Source of the DNA: Phaeosaccion multiseriatum
Taxonomy: Eukaryota; Protista; Ochrophyta, other classes
NCBI GenBank assembly: GCA_965112735.1
Contig: OZ218961.1
Span: 3,269,848 to 3,333,847 of the forward strand
Length of the DNA stretch: 64,000 nucleotides
Reading direction: 5' to 3'
Position 1 is the first letter of the stretch, and every line of letters starts with the position of its first letter. The notes under the pieces were generated by a model. That model saw nothing but the letters and a program-made list of their open reading frames with translations. It made no database searches and was not told the DNA's origin. This document shows, piece after piece, positions 25,201 through 35,391 of the stretch. Both the position numbers and the translations under genes were made by a program.

Positions 25201-27432
25201 TGGCTTCCTTCCTCCCTCCTTCCCTCCTGCCGACAACCAAACAACCAAACAATCAGGTGGGCCACGGAAACCTTGCGGAGAAGGCGATGGTTCCCGTCAT
25301 GCCCTCCAGAGCAAAGTTTCCCTTCACCACGCGTGTCACGTCAGAGGTGAGTTTCAGTTTCAGCTTGTTGTGGACCTTACCCACACAGCATTGACACAGC
25401 ATCGACACTGGATCGTGGGGTCGATATTGGTGAAGGTCTAATGAAGTGAAGTGAAGTGAAGTGAAGAGCACCACTCACATTACTTGTGATGCTCAGAGCG
25501 ATGGGATGGAAGGATAAACAGGTATTGGTGTTGGTGATATTTTGGTGGTGGTGATATTGGTATTTGTTTTTGGTGATACTCGTGTTGGTGATATATCGGT
25601 GTTGGTGATGTATTAGTGTTGGTGATATTGGTATTAGGTTGGTGATATATCGGTGTTGGTGATATATCGGTGTTTGTGATGTATTAGTGTTGGTGATATT
25701 GGTATTAGTGTTGGTGATACATCGGTGTTGGTGATGTATCGGTGTTGGTGATATATCGGTGTTGGTGATGTATCGGTGTTGGTGATATATCGGTGTTGGT
25801 GATATTGGTATTAGTGTTGGGATATTTCGGTGTAGCTGAAGGTTCAATGAAGTGAAGTGAAGTGGACATCACCCTTTCCCGCTACTGTCCCATGTGGCTC
25901 ATCATAACGGAAGGACCCCCCCCCCCTGACCCTCCCCTGACTCTCCCTCCCTAAGGTGACGGAGAGCAACGGCAGCTCGTCCATGGCTGCTGTGAGCTCC
26001 GCGTCTCTGGCGCTCATGGACTGCGGAGTGCCCATCTCAAGCGCCGTAGGGGGCATCAGCGTGGGACTCGTGACCAGAGAGGGCTGGGAGGAGGACGGGG
26101 ATGGCACTGCACGGCAAGGCCCGCACTGTGCACTGCTACTTGACATCCTCGGCACGGAGGACCACTACGGAGACATGGACTTCAAGGTGTGTTTCAGTTT
26201 CGTGTGTTGCGGATGTCGAAGGGATCGATTTGATGTGTCGATAGGACGCGTCATATGATCGAGGTCGAACTGCGAACTTAGGTGCAGGTGAAACTGGAAA
26301 CTGGACAGGCGGTCACATACTTCCTTACGTATCCGCCTATTGTCCGTGTGTTCCCTCTCTCTGCGTGCCATCCATGATCCCACCACATCACCAACACGTG
26401 AAGGTGGCCGGCACCGCCAAGGGCATCACGGCGGTGCAGCTCGACGTCAAGCTCCAGGGGGGCGTGCCCTTGCCTCTTCTGCTGGAGGGCCTGCAGCTGG
26501 CCAAGACCGGCCGCACCGCAGTGCTCAGCGCCATGAACAAGGAGATGGCGGCTCCTCGCCCCTCCCTCGCCCCCTCCGCTCCTGCGATAGAAGTCGTGCG
26601 CTTCACGCCTCTGAAGCTCGAGGAGCTGACCATGCTGGGCCCCAACCGCCGCTTGTTGAGTGAGCTCGAGGCGGAGTACGACGTGCAGCTCGACGAGAGC
26701 GTGCCCGGCGAGATCCTCGTGTTCAGCCCCAGCAGGACCGACGCGGCGAAGGCCAAGGCGGTCCTGGCCGCGTTGCTGAGTGAGGTGGTGGAGGGGGATG
26801 TCTTCGAGGGCACGGTGCTTGACGTTAAGGACTTTGGCGCCATGGTACGTGGTATGTGTGTGTGTGTGTGTGTGTGTGTGCGCGGGTGCGTGTACATGCT
26901 TGGCGGTCACGCGGCTCCTGTTCGTTAGCTGAGGGGGGCCACAAGACTCGCTGAGGTGTTTGTGATTCGGACCTCCATCCACTCCTGCTCACCTCTGACG
27001 TGACCCCTCTTCGTATGTGGGCCCTCTTGGGGGTATCTCCTCGACCCCCCCCCCCCCAACCAGGTGGAGATCATGCCCAACCGCGTGGGGCTGCTGCACA
27101 TGTCCGAGCTGAGCCATCAGCTGCCATCCCCTCCCCCGGCGCTGTCCTCCCTCCTCCGGCCTGGGCAGCGCGTGAAGGTGCGCTGCATTGAGGTGGATGC
27201 CGTCAGGGGCATCGTCAAGCTCAGTCACAAGGCCCTACAGGAGGGGGACGCGGGGGAAGAGACCCAACCAGGGGAAGGGGCCCAACCAGCATCAGTCGAG
27301 CAGGACCCTGTGCTGGCCGCGCTGTTGGCCGGCAAGGAGGTGGTGAAGTTGAGCAAGCAAGAGGAGGCGGCGCTCAGGAGGAGGGCGCAGGCCGCGCTGG
27401 AGAGCGGCGTCAGACAAGCCAGCAAGTTCTAG
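22274..27432 (+). CDS. PNPT1: Organellar polyribonucleotide nucleotidyltransferase (PNPase), about 8 exons
   Basis: [29 protein letters not shown]...[66 protein letters not shown], plus KH- and S1-like C-terminus. Start codon uncertain. Confidence 0.95.
25520..25830 (+). repeat. Intronic minisatellite of about 17-bp variant units (CGGTGTTGGTGATATAT)
   Basis: Roughly 15 copies of a GTTGGTGAT core inside a PNPase intron. Confidence 0.9.
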
Positions 27433-28341
27433 GCATATGGGCAGGCAGACGGGCAGGCAGACGGGCAGGCAGACGGGGAGGGGAGCCTCAAGTCTAGGAA
27501 GGATATCGTATGGCCGACAGGGGGGGCTGACTGAGAGCTCTCCCCTGCCCTCCCTCGAGCGAAGGAAGGAAGGCACTAACCCTCTGACAAAGGTGTGAGC
27601 GCAAGCGACACAAGCTCTCTGCCAGTCGATGAATGAATAGAGTTATCAGTCAGTGAAGCAACTGCCAGTCGATGAATGAATAGAGTTATCAGCCAGTGAA
27701 ACAGTGAAGCAACCAGTTCATGCAAAAACCGAGCAGAGCAGCAAAGAAACGGTGCATCAAGGTGGCTGCTTATTCCGACGGTGCCCCGCGAGTGAGCGCT
27801 CTTTACTGTCATGAGCGCGGGCCGAGGCTGTCCCCTGCCGCACGCCGGCCGACGAGCGAGCCCCCCCCCCCTGGGCTGCCCCCCCCCCCTAGGCCGGCCC
27901 ATCTTGGGGACGAGAGCGTTGCTCTTCCATTCATAAAAAAAACGTTACGTAACGCCCACCGAATTATTAGGTCGGGCTCAACGCCCCCTCGGGCTGAGCA
28001 CCCCCCTGGGAGCACCCCCTGTCTCAGATGGCGCAGGGCAGGAGCCTTCTCCCTCTCCGCGGAGTGCCATGGAGTGCCATCGTTCTCTTGGCAAGACAAG
28101 CAAAAGAAGCCCCACGACGATCCACGAGGAGCCCCCCCGGGAACACATCAAATGCATGACTCCCCCCTGGGCCTCCCTCCGTCCCTCTCGCTTCTCTCCC
28201 TCACCCCCCTCTCCACCCCCCTTCCCCTCCCCTCTCGTGCCCGACTGACGCGCAAAAACACCTCTGAGCCGTAACATACTAACAACAGAACCGTGGTACG
28301 GTCCAGGTAGGCCCAAGTCCAACCAGCAGCACGATACCCAA

Positions 28342-29105
28342 CTAGGCCCAGATCTTGAGCAGGGTGTCCCAGCTGCCCGTGCAGAGTGCATCTCCCTTGG
28401 GGTTGACCCCCAAGCACGACACCCTGTTCTCGTGTCCGGCCAGCTGGTAGGCCGGGCTGCCTGCCGTGTTGGTGATATCCCACACGTAGCAGTTGTAGTC
28501 GTCGTAGCCTGCGAAGAGGAGGTGGCCCGAGCGACTGAAGGCCACGGAGGTAATGCCGCACAGGATCTTGTCGTTGCCGAAGTAGTTGACCTCACCGTAG
28601 CAGCGCAGGTCGAAGAGGCGGCAGGACGAGTCGTCGCTGCCCGTGCCGAAGGCCTTTCCGTCGGGGAAGAACACGACGCTGTTGATGTCGGACTCGTGGC
28701 CGTGGAAGGTCTGCACGCACTGCGAAGTGCGGATGTCCCACACCTGGCAAGAGAGAGAGAGAGAGAGAGAGAGAGAGCAAAGCGATACGTTAGTCTTTCT
28801 GGGTGGGGATGGATAAATTCACTTCTTGATGTTACGTTTGTTCAGCTGCAACTGCAACTGACCTTGGCCACGGAGTCGCAGGAGCCGCTGACGAAGACGT
28901 TTCTGTCTACGGAAGGGAGGATGGACACGCTCATAACGTCCCCCCCGTGGTCGGTGAAGTGTGCCTTGGTGACTCCCATCTCCACGTCCCAGTAGATGCA
29001 CGTGCTGTCCCCGGAGGACGTGAGGATGTTATGCTCGTCCACAAAGCGACAGCAAGAGAGGTAACCGTCGTGCGCTGCAAGCTCTCGACTAGCGCGCATC
29101 ACCTG

Positions 29106-29137
<32 letters not shown>

Positions 29138-30175
29138 GGAGGGGAGGCAGTGGCACGGATTGGAAGAGACGACAGAAAAGGAAGAAGCGATCGGTGCGAG
29201 GTGTGATGTGTGAGCGAGGGCCTCGGTGGGTGCTCGTCTTTTTGGACACAAGGGAGACAAAGCAAAAGCGACATGTGTGCGTACGTACGACATGGACGGA
29301 CAGACTGCCCCCCCCGCCTCTCTCTGCTCACCTGCGGCTGCCCCAATTGGTAGATAGAGCAGAGATTGTCGAGGCCTCCGCAAGCCACGAACTGCCCCTG
29401 GGTGGGCTCGAAGGCGCAGGTCATGACCCATGAAGAGCGCAAGGGGATGGCTTGCACCTTGTTCGTCGTGAAGCCGTTCCACACAATCAGCTTGCCGTCC
29501 TGTGGGGGAGGAGGGAGGGGTCAGGGTCAGGGGGGGCGTGGGTGAGCCGAAACGTCGACCTCAAGCGGAACGATGACGTGGAAGGGCAGGGAGCGATTGC
29601 AATTCACTTCCGAAGGCTGTTGCAGAGGGAAGAAGCTCGCTCAGGGCACACTGACTGATAAAAACATATACACTGTGTCCGCATGAGTGCCCATCTTTGC
29701 CGAGCCTGCGTGAGAGATGTGGATTGCCCTAAGTGATTTCACCTAACCGGGCAGAGTGTATCCCCCCCCCGTCCCCTAGGCAATGACAAGCCCGTTCCAA
29801 GGGTGCAGCCTGCCCCACGGCGCCCTGCCAGGCCGTCAAAGATGCACCGCCTCTGTCCTTCCACACGTATACTATTGTAACGCCACACCCCACTACCCGG
29901 CCGTCTGGCTAGCTGGTTGGCTGACTGACCTGCGATGCCGACACTAGATTGGCGTTGTCTCCTGCCCAGTGCATGGCGTACACTTTGCCGAAGTGGCCCT
30001 TGAGCACTCTCCGCTGCTTTAACGCATTTCCAATCTGCTTCAGCCCCCCCGCCTTCTTCGTTGCCACATCGCTGATCTCTGCGTCCTTCTTCTCGCTTTG
30101 AGCCTTTGAAATCTCCGCCTTTAGTGCCTCGGCCTTTTTCCGGGCATCGGCCAGTCGAGTGGTTATGTCCGCCAT
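28342..30175 (-). CDS. GNB: Heterotrimeric G-protein beta subunit, 4 exons
   Basis: [83 protein letters not shown]. Confidence 0.97.
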
Positions 30176-30896
30176 GGTAGCGCCCCTCCCTCTAGGAAAG
30201 CAGCGCCCTACTCAGTGAGTTGCGTCCAGCCGGGGCCTCTCCCCGCTCTCTCCTTATTGTCCACCTCCTCCTGCCTGCTTGTCGCCCCGCGCTCCTCTTT
30301 CGGCTGGCGTGTCTCGGCAACAGTAGCAAAGGGTCCTCAAGCCCCCTTCTTGCCCTGTTTGAAGCCTGCGGCAAGTGAGAGCGCCACACAGGAGCGGCAG
30401 CAAGGGAATATCATCATAACAGCAGCAGCACAAGAGCACCAGCAGCACGAGCAGCAGCAGCAGCACGCCTGAAGGGGAGTCAAGGTGGAATACCACGGGT
30501 AGACGTAGAAGACAAACAGTAAGGCAGCATCCCCTCTACCCAGCCACGAGGGCGCTCACACTCACCCACCTCCCCACCCACGCACCTCTATATCCCTCTC
30601 AGTAGGATAGGGATGGAGTGCTGATCCGGCCGTCCTCTCCCCTGCGCTCTCAAGTGCTGAACAGAAGAAACGACTCACCCGAGGGGGGGGGTAATAAATT
30701 GACTTATGAATTCATTCGTAAGCGTTACGTAACGTCTCTTGGGAGGAGGGAGGAGCGATCGGCTCCGACTAAACTACTGTACAGGCTTGCAATAGGCCCA
30801 GAGGCACGAAAATCTGCCTTTGGCGTCATGGCGGGCTTTTTTCTTCTTTCCTCCTCCTCTTCTATAAATTAAAAAAAACACAAAGAAACTGATTAG

Positions 30897-31022
30897 CACT
30901 CGATTTGCGTAAGAAGGCGTAAGAATCGCCCAAATCACGGGACGGGAGGTTCAGAACACGCTGGGAGAAGCGCTATATATAGCTCTTCCGGCGATTTGGG
31001 CGGTTCTTACGCAAATCGAGTG
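30897..31022. mobile_element. MITE with about 32-bp terminal inverted repeats, piggyBac-like
   Basis: Left arm CACTCGATTTGCGTAAGAA[GGCGTAAGAA]TCGCCCAAATC and right arm GATTTGGGCGGTTCTTACGCAAATCGAGTG; flanks are TTAG and TTAA. Confidence 0.7.
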
Positions 31023-32598
31023 TTAAAATTAATGAAGCAAATGCGTAACCGTAACCTGCGATTTGAGGTCGGGCGTCGCGCTTGGCCAGGAGTCTGGGGG
31101 GGGCGAGTTTAATTAGGCGAGTTGGATCACCAAGGCCAGGGGAAGGCCATCGAAAGGCCAGGGGAAGGCCAGGGCGCTAATTAAAGGGCGCCCACCCCTC
31201 CCCCCTCGCACTCCTTTTCCTTTTCGAGCACTGCTGGGCTTCTTGCCGAGCACTGGGCACTGCTGCTGCGGCGGTGGAAGTAGGACGCAAGCACACACTT
31301 GGGGATGTGGCCCGGCCACACTGCTCCACCAGTCCATCATGGGACCACCTTCTTCACTGACAGCGACGACAGCGCTCACGCACTGCGCACCCTCTGCAAC
31401 AAGTCTCACCAAAGACCCCCGCGAACGGGGTGCACGGCAGCAGATGGCAGCGGATGGCAGCGGATGGCAGCGGATGGCGGGTCTCTCCTGGGCCTCTCCT
31501 CCCTCCCTGCCCCCCCTGCAGCGCAGCCCCCAAGCAGCTCAGCCCCGAACAGCGGCATTGCGGGTAGGAGGGGAGGGGAAGGGAAGGGCAGCCACCACTG
31601 AGCAGAGACACCCTCAAGGGGGACAGGGCCTAGTTTCAGTTTCGGCACGAAGAAGCGCCTGTCCGTCTTGAAAGTCTCAGTGCTCCAGTGGTCGCTGCCC
31701 CTCTCGTGCACACAAGGGCCGCAGTGCTTCTCAACACTTGAGACAGGCCCGCCCCTCACCACTCACCACCTTGCAAGGCCACCTCCTCTCCTCTCTCCTC
31801 TCTCCTCTCTCCTCTCTCCTCGCGCGCTACTTCTTCAATCCCAACGGCCCGAGCTACGGCACTGCCACCGCCGCTGCAGCAGCAGCGATGGAGGGGCTCC
31901 GCCCGAAAGAGGCCCGCTCCAGCGCCACTCTACCAAAGAGGGTGAGGAGGGTCAAGAGGGTGAAGAGGGTGAGGTCTCTCCCCGGAGGTCTCCCCCCGGT
32001 GGATCCGGGCAATCAGGCGGCAACACTTCTTCTTGCGACGCCTCTTCCCTCTTCACCCCTCCCCCCACCTCCCCCCCACCTCCCCGCCTCCCTTGCTGCC
32101 AACAAGTCGAGAGCCACGAAGAGCAGAGCTGAGCAGAGCTGAGCAGAGCCCCTTGTTGGCCGCACCATTCATTGTCTGCGCCACTCTCTGACTGGAGGTG
32201 GTGTGCCTGCCCCCCTCTGTGACTGCTACTGATAATAGTCCTGGCGCTTGGCGCTTGGCACTCTGCTACTCATGGTGCTTGGCACTCTGCTACTGTCCTC
32301 GGTGAGGGGAGTAGACTCATCCCAGCGCCGAAATGTATGGACATGTGGCAACAAGAGAGCCTCTACCATGCATACTTTCCGCCGCAGATGGTGACCCATG
32401 CCCCCCTGATCGATCCAGCAAGAGTATTGAGTATCGTGGCAGCTCAGGAGAGGCATGCGATTGTCCGTATGGCAGCCTATGACAGTCGAGGCTAGACAGA
32501 CAGCCCCACCGCGCCACCGCCCCACCGCCCCACCAGTCTCCGGTCGCCCCGCCCCCGCCCACGGAGAGGGCTCTAGCTAGCTCCATGTACCGCTTGTG

Positions 32599-34041
32599 CT
32601 ACTTTGACTTGTGCGGTTGCACCAAGCCGGCCGGCCAGGCAGGCTTGCTCTCCTCCTCTTCCTCTTCTTCTCTTTCTCCTCCTCCGCCCCTCTGTTCTCT
32701 CGCTGCCGAGCCCGCAGTGTGTGCAGCCGGAGGAGCGGGAGGGGCCCTAACCCTAACCCTAAGGGCCCCGAAGGCGAAGGGAGACAAGGGCTGAGAGGCG
32801 GGCTGAGAGGCGGGCTGGATGGTAGCGCCCCCCTGGGTCCCGCTGAGCCCCCCCCCCTGTGCGCTGTTGCCGGTACCGAGGCGCGCTTGGCACTCTCTCT
32901 GCTTGGCGGCGCCCCTCCTGAGGAGGTCGAGCTGAAGCCGCATGAGGTCCCCGCTCGACTGGCCAGCCAAAGCAGGAGCCGACAGGGCAGGGGACGCCAT
33001 GGCAGGCATCGCATGGGCAGGCATATAGGCAGGCAGAGGGGAAAGGGCAGACGAGGGGCCGACCCCGGCGCCTGGCGAGGTGGTGACCGATGGTGGAGCC
33101 GAAAGCCCCCCTACTGGTCGGCCATCTGCTAGCCCTGCATCTGCTAGCCCTGCATCTGCTAGCCCTGGCGTAAGGGGCTGAGCCAGGGTGCCCTTCTGCG
33201 GCCGACAAGAAGCGCCCCTCGCGCACTGACTGCACAACCCGTGGCCCGCCTGAAGTCCCGCACCTCTCCCTCGGCCTCTGCCACCGCCGCTGCCGCCGTG
33301 CTCATACCTTGCCCCGCCACACCTGGTGCTGCCGCCTCCCTGCAGTGCAGTGCAGTCGGTGTAGTTAGTGGAGGGAAGGGAGGGGCGGAACACCGTCAGC
33401 TCAGCGTTGTAGTCTTCGAACCTTCGAGGGGGGGAAATACCCGCGGGGCACCTTCCACCTTGCCAAGCCAAGCCAAGCCAAGCCACGCTACTGCTGGCGC
33501 TCCTCCATTGCCCCTGCCCGCCCCGCACTGCTTCTGCCGCACAGTGCCCCACCCGCCCTACCTGCTGGTCGAGGCTGCCGTACTTGTGCAGGAACTCTGC
33601 GCGGCTGCTGTCCTTGGCCTGCCTGTACTTCTGCAGGTGGCTCTTGACGTGCTCGGTGGTGAGGCCCTCCTCGCTGGCCACGCTGTGCGGCATCATCTCC
33701 AGCAGCAGCTTGGGAGAGGCGCACTTGAGCCCGATGGAGAACAGCACCGCCACAAATTCGCGGTGCAGCGCCTCGCCCCACACGAAGCGCTTCGTGGGGC
33801 CCTGAGGGTTCCCACACAGCAGAGGGGGCGGGAGAAGAAGAACGGGCGGGCGGGCAGCAGCAGCATCATTGAGCAACTCGACCATCGCACACAATGCTAC
33901 CCGCACCCGCGGTGGCCGCAGAATGGGCCCATCCCCGGATACCTGTGAGCAGGAACCAGCGCCCCCCCCCTGCCATACCCAAGCCTTCAACCCCCGGCCC
34001 CTCGCATAGCTGATTGCCCCCTCGTGTAGCAGATTGTCCAT
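32599..34041 (-). CDS. GARP/SHAQKY-type Myb transcription factor with Myb-CC-like coil (PHR1/PSR1-like); exon structure and ends uncertain, may begin near 34411
   Basis: KRFVWGEALHREFVAVLFSIGLKCASPKLLLEMM...GLTTEHVKSHLQKYR (about 33620-33800); downstream LMRLQLDL...QRECQARL resembles the Myb-CC helix. Confidence 0.8.
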   Translation of the reverse strand: MDNLLHEGAISYARGRGLKAWVWQGGGAGSCSQVSGDGPILRPPRVRVALCAMVELLNDAAAARPPVLLLPPPLLCGNPQGPTKRFVWGEALHREFVAVLFSIGLKCASPKLLLEMMPHSVASEEGLTTEHVKSHLQKYRQAKDSSRAEFLHKYGSLDQQVGRVGHCAAEAVRGGQGQWRSASSSVAWLGLAWQGGRCPAGISPPRRFEDYNAELTVFRPSLPSTNYTDCTALQGGGSTRCGGARYEHGGSGGGRGRGRGAGLQAGHGLCSQCARGASCRPQKGTLAQPLTPGLADAGLADAGLADGRPVGGLSAPPSVTTSPGAGVGPSSALSPLPAYMPAHAMPAMASPALSAPALAGQSSGDLMRLQLDLLRRGAAKQRECQARLGTGNSAQGGGLSGTQGGATIQPASQPASQPLSPFAFGALRVRVRAPPAPPAAHTAGSAAREQRGGGGEREEEEEEESKPAWPAGLVQPHKSK

Positions 34042-34665
34042 GCCTGTTCTGCCTCCCCGCCTCTCGGTCTCCGCTCTGTCTCACCTTTTCAGGAGCATCC
34101 CGCCCATCTGCGGGACCATTCTCGCTCGACTCACCCCCGCAGCAGGCAATGTCCCCACTTCCGCAGCCCCCCCCGAGCTGAAGCGCCTTGCCTTTGGTGG
34201 ACCCCGCACGGGCTCTCTTCGCTCTTTCCCCTCCATCCCCACCAACACCATTTCCTGAGGCGGCGGCTGCTGCGGCCGCTGCCGCCTCCTGCCGCCCCCT
34301 CTTCTTGGCTTCTACCCTGTACGTCTCCAGCTTGTCGGCGCAGAGGGCATCACAACGCGGGTCCAAGAAAAGAGCGCGTTGCTGAGCCTGGCCTTGACTC
34401 GGGCGCTGCATTTCTCCCTCCCCAAAGGGCCCTCCTCAGGAAGGAAAGTACTCTCTCACACACAGCCTCCTCCTCAATCCTCACGCTGCCCCGCTGGCTT
34501 GGAAAACTTCCAGCAGAATTCACCCACTGACTTACAGGAATGAGCTCGAGAAGCATCCCTGCGATGGGTTGTTAAAGGCTACTTTTTACAGTTACAGAAA
34601 AAAAATCGAGAGAATGCAGGGTGAGCACACAGTGTGAAGGCTATCGCCTGGACACCTGCGCAGAC

Positions 34666-35356
34666 ATGGGCATGACGGCGCTCCAGAGGGAGAAGATGGC
34701 CGCGGCAGGCACGGCGGTGGTAAGTGCCGTGAGGGCCTGTACTCTCGGCTGCCAGCACCTCGTGCTGGGTCATGACACTTGCTTGGGCCTCCGTCGTCGC
34801 CCACTGAATGAGACGACACGAGCTAAGCTCAACCGACACTAACTACCCCAACCCTCTCCCCTCTGTCCCAACAGGACCCTGCGCTTCTGCCCGAGAGTCA
34901 AATACGCCCCTGGGTGACCGACGAGGCGGCCAATGAAGAGGTGCGTGTGTTCTGGCGTTGGTGTGTGCATGTTGGCGTTGTGACAGGAGAATGTCCCACG
35001 GAAGTAATGTGGAGTGCTGACGCTGCGCTGACCGTCCTCCGACTCTCTCTACTTTGCCTTGATTGCGATGGCCTGCGCCGCTCACTGCGTGGTTGCTCAG
35101 TTCGAGAAGTTGCTGGAGAGCATGGAGCATACGCTGTCGTTGACCTCGCCAATCAAGGTGTTGCAGGTGCGTGGGTGCGTGCACCTCTACGAGGTGGAGA
35201 GGGCCCAAGGGGCGCGCGAGGAGGTGCCGCAGCTCAGAGCTCAGATCTGACACCTTCATCGCTCTCGCCCTCTCTCTCCCTCTCTCTCCCCTCCTCTCTA
35301 TCCATCTCCCTCTCTCCCCCCCTCCCCGCCCCCCCCCCCTCTCACTCTCCCCCTCT

Positions 35357-35391
<35 letters not shown>

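Noticed and set aside
28468-28480. GTTGGTGATA in the G-beta exon as a copy of the 15-bp word
   Set aside because: Only a 10-bp core match, explained by the WD-repeat codons (WDITN).
31243-32142. Several short plus-strand ORFs between the MITE and the Myb gene
   Set aside because: No coherent exon chain or recognisable domain; possibly decayed sequence.
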